64,000 bases of DNA, from the IMG/VR virus record IMGVR_UViG_3300006201_000014, positions 6,784 through 70,783 of that record. One strand, given 5' to 3'. Each line of letters opens with the position of its first letter. The first letter of the stretch is position 1. This stretch comes from a virus. Taxonomy: Duplodnaviria > Caudoviricetes. Below, in pieces: positions 29,565 through 38,621 of the stretch. A model generated the notes under the pieces. That model made no database searches. It had not been told where the DNA came from and saw nothing but the letters and a program-made list of their open reading frames with translations. The position numbers and the translations under genes are program-made.

Positions 29565-30803
29565 TTATGAGTAGTATGTTTCGACAAAATATGGTACAAT
29601 ATATTCTATAAAAATTTGCTCATATACATAAATGATTTTTTCTAATGTGGTTATTTCTTGGGCTGTAAGATTGTATGTATCCGCATAAATTTCAAAAACA
29701 CCAGTATCAGGATTCAGATTATTCCTAAATAATGTAGAATTATCAATCCCAATTCCAGCTAACTCAACACGTCTTTCACTATCTAATGTTTTCCAAAATT
29801 CATTTACTGAAGCGGTAAGAGCGTTCATATAGTTCAACTCTGCTTCGTTGTGCATATTACCACCGAAAATGAACTGTCCATTGTCACCTGTCAGAGTAAT
29901 ACCATTTTCAGCTACATCTTGTAACTTACTCATAGCCTCATTGGAAGCATTGATAGTTCCATTTAACTTCTCTGTTGCTTCGTTTGCTTCTTCCACATAG
30001 GTATAAACACCTGCAAAAGCGTCTCCAATATCTTGTGCAATCCTAAAGTTGTTTAAGTCTTCCTCAGTCTGCAATAGTCCTTCTAACTGTTCCCTTGCAG
30101 TAGTACCGTTTTCACCAAGAGAAAGAATGGAATTACCGTTCTCATCAATACCTTTTACCAATCCAGGGAATGAGTCGGCAAGTTGCTCATTAATATCAAG
30201 AAACTCTTCATACTCTTCTGTGGAAAGGGAAAAAGGTTTGTTATCGGACTTGTTTACCCCTTTTGATAATTCGTCATATCTATCCGCTAATTCTGATACT
30301 GTTTTTCTATGATCGGCAAGAGTATCATTCATCTGCTTAAACTCATCAAATAACTTATCGGTACGTTCTCTGGCTCTTTCTACTCTGTGAATATAGTTAT
30401 CAAACACCTTGTAAAGTGCTTGTACCGCAACGGTTACAGCAAGAAAAATTCCTGCATTGAGTGCTGTGTTTAGTAAGGTTGCTTTGATTGCTGCAAATTG
30501 AAATCCGTTTCCAGATTTTTCGAGATAAGCTGACATACCCTCAACAGAAGCGGAAGTATTGTCAATATGCCCTTTTCCGTCATCTAAAGTTTCAAGATAG
30601 GAGCGGAGTCTGGTGTCTGTGATACCGATTGATTTTGAAAGATTATCCCAATCGTATTTGTTTGTTTCTAAATCTAAAAAATCATCAAAAGATTCAATAT
30701 TTTTAAATGCATCAATAATTTCTTTATATGAATCCACATTTACTTTAAGATTATCAAATAATCCACCTAAACCTATGCCATTTTCTTCTGTGTACTGTGC
30801 GAG
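29565..30803 (-). pseudogene. Alternative TMP exon 2, copy 2 (412 codons, truncated)
   Basis: Starts G|CTCGCACAG; divergent first ~100 aa, then identical to exon 2; runs into unrelated sequence and stops. Confidence 0.75.
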
Positions 30804-30877
30804 CAACAACAGATATTATTTACATTGAACTTCCAATTCATTGTAAATAGTGGTATTATTAAAAATATAATTGAATA

Positions 30878-31312
30878 TTGGAGGATTTGAATTTGGAAAC
30901 AGTCTTAAAAATTTGTAAAAAATGTGGAAGATACGCAGGTTCATGTTCGCCAGATTCCAAAATACATGGTGGGAATTGTGGTGGCGAACTTATTGATACT
31001 GGAATATCTCATGATGAATTAATGGTTATTAGAAAGATTTCTTCTGGTAATGATTTTTTAAATGCTATGATTGAGTTGAGAAAAAATGATATTATCGAGT
31101 ACAACCTTAAAATGTCCCAATTTAGAACACAAGTAAATCAACAGAAACAACAGCAGGAGAGTAATGTCCCAAAGTGTCCAACATGCGGCTCAACTAATTT
31201 AAAGAAGATTTCTGGTTTATCTAAAGCAGGATCGGTAGCATTATGGGGAGTGTTTGCTGCTGGTAGAACATCAAAAACATGGCATTGTAATAAATGCGGT
31301 GCTGAATGGTAA
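30878..31312 (+). CDS. Zinc-ribbon protein, paralogue 2
   Basis: CKKC, MIELRKNDIIEYNLKMSQF, CPTCGS...CNKCG.EW. Confidence 0.75.
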   Translation: MEDLNLETVLKICKKCGRYAGSCSPDSKIHGGNCGGELIDTGISHDELMVIRKISSGNDFLNAMIELRKNDIIEYNLKMSQFRTQVNQQKQQQESNVPKCPTCGSTNLKKISGLSKAGSVALWGVFAAGRTSKTWHCNKCGAEW

Positions 31313-31342
31313 TTAAATCATTTAATCACATCCTCGTATTAT

Positions 31343-31560
31343 AAAGTAGTAGTGTTTATAGTCCCTCTCCAAGGACTGTATGCTATACTGTTGGAGATAC
31401 TGTGGATTGGTTCTCACTTCCTACCACTTGATGGTTTACGAAAGGATACAACCACAGTCTCTTTGTATATTTGTTAATCAGTTAGATACCGCATGACGGT
31501 TTATTTAGAACGAGGTTACAATCGCAAGGAGTACCTGTGGCTCTAAACAGTATTAAATAC
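31343..31560 (+). ncRNA. IS110 bridge RNA in the left end
   Basis: Target loop TCACTTCCT (31414) / GAAAGGA (31440) matches the insertion site; donor loop AGTTAG (31480) / ACGAG (31510) matches the circle junction. Confidence 0.75.
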
Positions 31561-31579
31561 ATTGCAAAGGAGATTTCTT

Positions 31580-32755
31580 ATGATCTACGTCGGAATTGAT
31601 GTCGCCAAGGATAAGCATGACTGCTTTATCACTAATTCAGATGGTAAAATATTGTCCAAATCATTTACCATCTCAAACAACCGCGAAGGTTTTGAATCCT
31701 TATTTCACAGAATCGAATCTGTATCAGACGATGTAGCTAATGTAAAAGTAGGACTCGAACCCACCGGACACTACAGTTACAATCTTCTGGGTTTTCTTCT
31801 TGATAAAGGTCTGCCAACCTACGTTATCAATCCGTTGCATACCAATCTTTACAGAAAAAGTCTGAGCCTTAGAAAGACCAAAACGGATAAAGTAGATGCC
31901 CATACGATCGCTTCCATGATCATGTCTGATGTAAACTTAAAGTCCTACTCAGACACATCATATCACAACGAAGAACTAAAGTCACTGACCCGTTACCGTT
32001 TTGATAAGGTAAAGGAACGGGCAAAACTGAAATCTTCTGTTTCAAGACTTGTGTGCATTCTTTTTCCTGAACTGGAGAAACTCGTGCCTACGCTCCATAT
32101 GGCTTCCGTCTATGCTCTCCTGTCGGAGTTCCCTTCTGCTTCGGCAGTTGCTTCCACACATCTGACAAGGCTCTCAAACCTTCTTTCCGAAAGTTCTAAA
32201 GGGCATTACGGAAAAGATACCGCTGTCATCTTCAGAGAGGCGGCAAGAAATTCCATAGGATCACATATGCCTGCAAAGTCTTTGGAACTAAAGCATACCA
32301 TCAGGCTCATTCAGGAACTGACCGCTGAGATCGATGAAATAGAACGTGCCATCACATCCATTATGGATAGCCTTCATTCACCACTCCTCACCATACCTGG
32401 TATCAGTTACCGCATGGGTGCCATGATACTTGCTGAAATCGGAGATTTTAGCCGCTTTAATTCAGCCGATAAGATACTCGCCTATGCCGGAATGTCACCT
32501 TCAACTTATCAATCGGGGCAGCTTAATAACTGTTATTCCCACATGGAGAAACGTGGTTCCAAATACCTCCGATACGCCCTTTACAATGCCACAAAATATG
32601 TTTGCCATTGGGATGAAACATTTGCTGCATATCTTGAAAAGAAACGCTCGGAAGGAAAGCATTACAACGTTGCTTTATCCCATGCCGCCAAGAAACTTGT
32701 GCGGCTGATCTACGCGATGGAAAAATCAGGACAGCCATACAGTAAAGCAACATAA
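31580..32755 (+). CDS. IS110 DEDD transposase/recombinase
   Basis: VGIDVAK, GLEPTG, KTDKVDA, AYAGMSP...QSG motifs; ATG at 31580 after AAGGAG. Confidence 0.93.
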   Translation: MIYVGIDVAKDKHDCFITNSDGKILSKSFTISNNREGFESLFHRIESVSDDVANVKVGLEPTGHYSYNLLGFLLDKGLPTYVINPLHTNLYRKSLSLRKTKTDKVDAHTIASMIMSDVNLKSYSDTSYHNEELKSLTRYRFDKVKERAKLKSSVSRLVCILFPELEKLVPTLHMASVYALLSEFPSASAVASTHLTRLSNLLSESSKGHYGKDTAVIFREAARNSIGSHMPAKSLELKHTIRLIQELTAEIDEIERAITSIMDSLHSPLLTIPGISYRMGAMILAEIGDFSRFNSADKILAYAGMSPSTYQSGQLNNCYSHMEKRGSKYLRYALYNATKYVCHWDETFAAYLEKKRSEGKHYNVALSHAAKKLVRLIYAMEKSGQPYSKAT

Positions 32756-32961
32756 TTCTTTCCGTAAATATCTCCTTTTAGAGTGCCAGAAATGACACTC
32801 TGTTTGTCATGCAGTTTTCAAGGTACAAATATATCTGAAATGCATTTTTGCAATTCATTCAAAAATTTTCATTTTAGGGCTTGACTTTTAATAGTTAGTC
32901 TTTCAAATAATATTTGAGTAAAACCACTCAATAGATAGTACAATACCATTATATTCTCTAT

Positions 32962-33459
32962 TCAGTGGTTTTTATTTATTGTATCATTCATAGACTTGAA
33001 CTCATCAAGCAATTCTGATGTACGTTCTCTTGCTTTTTCTACTCTATGGATGTAGTTATCCAATGCTTTTGCTATACCTTGGATTGCTACGGATGCAACG
33101 AGAAATATTCCTGCATTGAGTGCTGTGTTTAAGAGTGTTGCCTTGATTGCTGCGAAGTTGAATGACTGTCCTGTAGACTGTAAGTATTCGCCTAATCCTT
33201 CTACGGAAGCAGACTGGTTGTTGATTGTACCGTTTCCATCATCAAGTGTCTTAAAGTAGGAGAGGGCAGTTTCGTCACAACCTTCGATTGCTTTGGCTAT
33301 TGCGTCCCAATTTGCTTTGCCATCTTCTAGTTTAAAAATATCCTTATCTAATTTTAGCTTCTTAAAATCATCAATAACATTTTTATAACCATCAATGTCA
33401 ACTTTAATTTTATCAAATATACTACCTAATCCAATACCATTTTCTGTGACTTGTGCGAG
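32962..33459 (-). pseudogene. Alternative TMP exon 2, copy 3 (165 codons, truncated)
   Basis: Starts G|CTCGCACAA; translates LAQVTENGIGLGSIFDKIKVD...FAAIKATLLNTALNAG...; missed by the ORF track. Confidence 0.75.
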
Positions 33460-33559
33460 CGCATCAGAAATAGTATAAAGATTTATTCAATAAATAACTT
33501 CCAATTATTTACTAAATGTAGTAATATAAATTTAAAATAAAGAAGAGAGGGTAATTATT

Positions 33560-34045
33560 ATGGCATTAGAAGCAAGAATATGTCCTAAATGTGGTTCCAA
33601 AGGATTAGTACCCATAGAAGCTGATAAAAATTGTTTTTGTGGTGGAACAGAAATAGTATTCAATGTAACAAAAGACGAATATGTTAAAATGTCTGATAAT
33701 GAAATTGATCAGATGATAAAAGAAATGGATATTCATCCACTCATTAGTGAAGATGATGCTTATTTAATTTACAATGTTACGCATTCTACAGAAATTATTG
33801 ACGCAATGATTGAACTCAAGCAAAAGGATATTATAGAGTATGGTCTGAAATTATCTCAATTTAAGAATCAATTAGAACAAAAACGTCAGATCAATCAGCA
33901 AGAGAAGAGTCAAGTACGCTGTCCGAAATGCGGTTCAACATCTATTACAACAGGAGCAAGAGGAGTGAATCTTACATTTGGATTACTTGGAGCGAGTAAA
34001 ACGGTTAATCGTTGTGGAAAATGTGGGCATACTTGGAAACCATAA
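33560..34045 (+). CDS. Zinc-ribbon protein, paralogue 3
   Basis: CPKC, MIELKQKDIIEYGLKLSQFK, CPKCGS...CGKCGHTW. Confidence 0.8.
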   Translation: MALEARICPKCGSKGLVPIEADKNCFCGGTEIVFNVTKDEYVKMSDNEIDQMIKEMDIHPLISEDDAYLIYNVTHSTEIIDAMIELKQKDIIEYGLKLSQFKNQLEQKRQINQQEKSQVRCPKCGSTSITTGARGVNLTFGLLGASKTVNRCGKCGHTWKP

Positions 34046-34095
34046 TTCTCTTTCTATATAACTATAAAACATATTAAAGAATGGAGATTACAAAA

Positions 34096-34572
34096 ATGAA
34101 AAATAAGATTATAACTATAATGACAATTATATCGTTACTTTTACTGACTGGTTGCGGAAATAATAATAAAATTTCAAGTATAGAGGATGAAGTATATTCA
34201 TATGCAAATGAAATACAAGATAAGTATGGAAAAATTTCTATTGATGTTGTTTATGCCTATTGTGATGGTGAAAAACAACATCTTTTGTTGTATTACTATG
34301 GAATTGGTTCCAATGCAGATGAAATAGGTGATACTTGTGTTCTTTATGAAATACCTAAAGATGGCGAACTTGAAATTTATGATCCACTAGATGATAAAAG
34401 CGATTTATCAGCTCAGTTAATAAATGTTAATATACAAATACAACATGACGAATATAATTCGTACAAAGAGAATGAAAATGAATTAACTTATGAACAATAT
34501 AAAAATTTTGAAAAGGGTTATCTTACAAGTTATTATGCATCAGAAGTTAATGAAAAACTTCATGAAAAATAA
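34096..34572 (+). CDS. Putative lipoprotein
   Basis: Signal peptide with lipobox LLTGC. Confidence 0.7.
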   Translation: MKNKIITIMTIISLLLLTGCGNNNKISSIEDEVYSYANEIQDKYGKISIDVVYAYCDGEKQHLLLYYYGIGSNADEIGDTCVLYEIPKDGELEIYDPLDDKSDLSAQLINVNIQIQHDEYNSYKENENELTYEQYKNFEKGYLTSYYASEVNEKLHEK

Positions 34573-34665
34573 TTTTCACACTGAAATGGTAGCATCTATT
34601 GCTATGTAGTGTGTGTTTAGTAAGAAGATCAATAAAAGTTTTGAGTGTTTGAATTGTAAATATAC

Positions 34666-35796
34666 TTGGTAAGAGAGGAATTTATAAACATGTTTCCAGA
34701 GGAAATAATACAGATATTACAAAAATATCAAACAAATAATATTGGTGAACTCAAATCAATTAACAATAATATTTCTGAAATTGTTAATCAATTAAAATCT
34801 ATTCGTGGAAACTTGTCAAAAGAGTTATCTGAATTAGTTAATAATGATAGTGTTAATGATAAAGAACAAGAACTATTAGATGATACAAAAACACTTCGTA
34901 ATTATATTAATTCTATTTCACAAATTGTATTAAATAATTCACAAGATATAGAAATTTCTGAAGAAATAAGTACATTTAAAGAATTTAAAGATGTTAAGTT
35001 ACATCTTTGTGCGGATAATGTATGTCCGAAATGTGGTTGTAATATGAATCAAACGAAAACTTCATATGGTCAAGTATCTTTGCAAAAGCATCTAGTATCT
35101 AATAAAAAGCTTGATTCATATATGTGTCCTGCATGTCACAGATATTTTGTGACAAAAGATGTTATTAATAGTATAAGAGTAGATAAAACTAATATCAAGT
35201 TGTTAGAAGATTATTACCATGAAATTCCATCATTAGATATCAATAGTGCAATTGTACTAAGTAACACGTTAAAATGTTCTTTTAATCACGATACCAATGA
35301 TATAATTGCTAGAATTCCAGTTTTGAACGAAAATGGTGATGTGTACTATGTAGAAACCACAGCTGCATATTGTTCTGTATGTAATCGTTTCACAATTCTA
35401 AAAGATGAATTTGATAAAATCGGTGATATTGTAACATGTAAAGTTATTGATGAAACTATAAGCTACAAAACTGGTGATCAGACTCAAAACGATGAAATAG
35501 AGAATGACGGTAGTATTCTAAAATACTACGGATACAATGTACAAACTCAGAAAAACATATCTGAACAACAACGCCATATAATTTTATCATCTGTCATTGA
35601 AGCAGGAATTATGAGCAGAAGACATGTAGTTGATATTTTACAAATAAACATAAAAAGGAAATCAACTCGTCCAGACTGTGCATCTGCAATTCAAAAATGG
35701 AATGATGATATTGAATTTGTAAATACATATAAAACAGAAGAATTGCCAAAAGTTATATTTGATAAAATAATCTTGAAATATAAACAGACAAAGTAG
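34666..35796 (+). CDS. Hypothetical protein (coiled coil plus CxxC motifs)
   Basis: ORF track; CPKC, CPAC, CSVC; start may be ATG at 34690. Confidence 0.65.
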   Translation: MVREEFINMFPEEIIQILQKYQTNNIGELKSINNNISEIVNQLKSIRGNLSKELSELVNNDSVNDKEQELLDDTKTLRNYINSISQIVLNNSQDIEISEEISTFKEFKDVKLHLCADNVCPKCGCNMNQTKTSYGQVSLQKHLVSNKKLDSYMCPACHRYFVTKDVINSIRVDKTNIKLLEDYYHEIPSLDINSAIVLSNTLKCSFNHDTNDIIARIPVLNENGDVYYVETTAAYCSVCNRFTILKDEFDKIGDIVTCKVIDETISYKTGDQTQNDEIENDGSILKYYGYNVQTQKNISEQQRHIILSSVIEAGIMSRRHVVDILQINIKRKSTRPDCASAIQKWNDDIEFVNTYKTEELPKVIFDKIILKYKQTK

Positions 35797-35845
35797 CTCA
35801 TTTTCGGATAAAAAATAGAATAGCAGTGGAATATAAAAGACACCG

Positions 35846-36250
35846 TTAGGTGTCTTCTTGTATTTCATCATTAGAGTTTGTAAAATTCATAAATGGAATA
35901 TAAAATGGTTTGAAACCGAGCTGTGATGTCATCAGTGCAATTATTGGCCTTACGTTTGATAAAAGTAATGCTGGCGCATTGATTTTTAACAACTCATTAA
36001 AATTATCTGCTCCATCATTTTTAAATAAGGAATAGGTCTCAACAATCATAAAAAACGGGTATTGGTCATTTCTCTCTCCAATTTTTATTGTTAGAGATAC
36101 CTTTGCTTCTTTATCGTCTTCTATTATTTGTATATCCAAATTTGTAGAAATTGAAAAACCATCAAATTTCTCCTTATCAAAATCTTTATTTTCATTAATT
36201 AAAAACGATGAAATTCGTGGATTTTTAAATTGGAATTTGCTCTTTTTCAT
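35846..36250 (-). CDS. SecB-like chaperone
   Basis: NAPALL...RPIIA.MT...GF.PFYIP..NF C-terminal SecB signature. Confidence 0.8.
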   Translation of the reverse strand: MKKSKFQFKNPRISSFLINENKDFDKEKFDGFSISTNLDIQIIEDDKEAKVSLTIKIGERNDQYPFFMIVETYSLFKNDGADNFNELLKINAPALLLSNVRPIIALMTSQLGFKPFYIPFMNFTNSNDEIQEDT

Positions 36251-36259
36251 TCTGCCCCC

Positions 36260-36856
36260 CTAGGCTGCAATTAATAGTCTGTTATTTGATTTAACATTTA
36301 CATCATTTGGTTTTTCTAACATTTCCGTATCTTGAATTGGATTATATTCTTTGTCAATGAAAAAGTTATCTTCATGATTATTTTTACTAACATTAACAGT
36401 AATTGTATCTAAATAATCAAAATCACATTGAATGTCATATGAAATAATATATGATTTCAAATAATTAATATAATCATCAAAAGTGTCCTTTTCGTCCAAA
36501 TATTGATCTTCACATGGAAGTTCAGTTTCATCAATATCAGAAAAATTCATCATACAGTAATCATAAGTCTTTTTATCAGGACAATAATCAATAATGATAG
36601 TTTTATTCACTGATTTTTTAAAAGCAGAGAGCAAAGTGATTTTATCATTTAATATGTCCAATAAATCATTTACAGGTATTTTAATAGCAATCCAAGACCT
36701 TTTTGCGTCAATAAAATCATCACATATGCATAAAAAGAAATTGTTATAATTGTCTTTACATACAAATATAACTGGTTCTAGCTCATATTCCAACAATACT
36801 TTGTTAATAAATAAGTCCCCAAAATTTGGCACATTTTTAAAATATACATTACTCAT
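36260..36856 (-). CDS. DUF6575-like protein, putative antitoxin with an acidic C-terminal tail
   Basis: LLEYE.EPVIFVCKD...FFLCIC N-terminal pattern; middle gene of a three-gene operon. Confidence 0.55.
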   Translation of the reverse strand: MSNVYFKNVPNFGDLFINKVLLEYELEPVIFVCKDNYNNFFLCICDDFIDAKRSWIAIKIPVNDLLDILNDKITLLSAFKKSVNKTIIIDYCPDKKTYDYCMMNFSDIDETELPCEDQYLDEKDTFDDYINYLKSYIISYDIQCDFDYLDTITVNVSKNNHEDNFFIDKEYNPIQDTEMLEKPNDVNVKSNNRLLIAA

Positions 36857-37313
36857 TTCTATTCACCTCAATATTTATATCGTCCATTATTATAAAATCT
36901 TTAATAATATCCTTAATACAATCCTGATATATCCACCAATCTATATGATTTTTATCTGGATAATTTGGATCACGTTCTTTTGTTTTTTGTGATAAGCCTC
37001 CAATTGTATGTCCAACAATTATACAAGGAGTAGGAAATTGTGAAAAATATTTCTTTTTTATAAGTTTGTAAAGTTGTTTCGGTTTTTTATCTGTTAAAGA
37101 GCATGAAGTTGAAAATGTCATTACATTATCAATGGGATCTTTTATTTCTCTATTTTCCAGTATATATTCATCATAAGAATTTAAAAATGCTATATCATTT
37201 ATTATTCCTCGCTTACAAAATCTATAAACAATACGTTCAGGATTTTCTTTTCCGAATTCATATATTTTGTCAATGATATTATTTGGTATGGATTCTGCCA
37301 ATCTTCTGTACAT
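36849..37313 (-). CDS. Putative ADP-ribosyltransferase-like toxin
   Basis: VYR...STSCS...HIDWW spacing resembles the ART fold; first gene of the operon; promoter TTGTCA-17-TAGAAT at 37372-37344. Confidence 0.5.
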   Translation of the reverse strand: MYRRLAESIPNNIIDKIYEFGKENPERIVYRFCKRGIINDIAFLNSYDEYILENREIKDPIDNVMTFSTSCSLTDKKPKQLYKLIKKKYFSQFPTPCIIVGHTIGGLSQKTKERDPNYPDKNHIDWWIYQDCIKDIIKDFIIMDDINIEVNRNE

Positions 37314-37534
37314 AACTATACCTTCTTCTTAATGTATGAATCCATTCTACCATTATTTACCAATTTTGACAATGAGAACACTTGTTTATGGAATACAAAT
37401 ACCAAACTTCATTTAATATGGAACAGATTCATTATATATCATATAATATGAATAGTCAATAATCAATTCCATTTTATATGGACAAATGTAAATATTTAAT
37501 GTATTATATGAGTATTAACAGATGAGGTGAAAAT

Positions 37535-38269
37535 ATGAGTTTTGGAGAACGATTAAAAGCAGCAAGAGAAGAAAAGGGGTATACTCAATCCAAATTAGCA
37601 GAATTGATTGGGTATGGAAGCACAACTGTATCCGAATATGAAAAGGGCAATAATAAACCAAACCTAGATATGTTTATTAGGCTTTGTAAAATTCTTGACC
37701 AGTCACCAAACTATTTCCTTCAAGATGAAATTATCTTAAAAGAGGAACTATTGAATCCAGAAGACAAAAGAATCCTTGATAGATATAAATCCCTTACTCC
37801 TCATGACAGGGAAATAGTGGATCATGTATTTAGTATGAAGCCGGAAGAACCTACAATAATTTATCGGTTCCCTGTGTATGAACAACAAGCCGCTGCTGGA
37901 GCTGGAAAGTATGGAAGAGAGGGCAAATATCATATGAAGGATTTGCAAATAAACAATCTTTCTAATCAAGCTGTATTTGGTATTGAAATATCCGGTAATA
38001 GTATGGAAAAGAAGAATAACGCTGATTGCGGAATAAAGGATAATGCGACAGTATTATTAAATCCAAACTTTGACGAACTAAATCTTGATGGTAGAATAGT
38101 AGTATTTAAAATTAATTCTACCAATGAGGTTCTATGCAAAAGATATTTTAAAGAAGAAAATGCAATAGGATTTATTTCTGATAATGATGAATGCTCGGAT
38201 AAGGATAAACATTTAGCTACTGGTGAATATACAATCATAGGTGAGGTTGTTAATGTTATAAATCCGTAA
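37535..38269 (+). CDS. CI/LexA-like repressor (HTH-XRE plus S24 autopeptidase)
   Basis: N-terminal HTH; AAAG cleavage motif; GNSM (Ser) and LCKR (Lys) catalytic residues. Confidence 0.9.
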   Translation: MSFGERLKAAREEKGYTQSKLAELIGYGSTTVSEYEKGNNKPNLDMFIRLCKILDQSPNYFLQDEIILKEELLNPEDKRILDRYKSLTPHDREIVDHVFSMKPEEPTIIYRFPVYEQQAAAGAGKYGREGKYHMKDLQINNLSNQAVFGIEISGNSMEKKNNADCGIKDNATVLLNPNFDELNLDGRIVVFKINSTNEVLCKRYFKEENAIGFISDNDECSDKDKHLATGEYTIIGEVVNVINP

Positions 38270-38415
38270 TATCATATGGGCGTATAAATAATAGGAGATT
38301 AGCACTATAAAATATAGATATTACCTATTTTAAGAACTTTATGTATATATGAAACATGGGATTTTCATGAGGCAGATGATTAAGGCACATCTGCATGCCT
38401 CATTTATAAATCAAA

Positions 38416-38585
38416 ATGAAAAAAGATAACTGGTACATACACTTAAGATGTTCCAGTTATCTTTTATACTTCTCATTAACAAAATCCCACTATATAAGAT
38501 ACGATAACGGAATAGCATCTGAGTCTATTCTCTGTCTGAGCTACTGCTTCAACAACACGCCTTACGTGATTATCATTGTATCTAA
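38416..38585 (-). ncRNA. Putative sRNA downstream of the DUF3800 gene
   Basis: TTGACA (38618-13) - 17 nt - TATACT (38595-90); internal stems; 13-bp terminator stem at 38421-38465. Confidence 0.65.
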
Positions 38586-38621
38586 TAGTAGTATATGAGA
38601 ATTTTAACTTATTGTCAAGAT

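Larger units (their letters stand above)
31335..32901 (+). mobile_element. IS110-family element with a CT core
   Basis: CT at 31333-34 and 32900-01; joining the ends gives TTGACT-17-TATTAT; reconstructed empty site CACATC-CT-TTC matches the motif at 29466. Confidence 0.88.

Noticed and set aside
24721-30494. Repeat pair as the TR/VR of a diversity-generating retroelement
   Set aside because: No reverse transcriptase in the window, no adenine-specific differences seen, and far longer than a typical TR.
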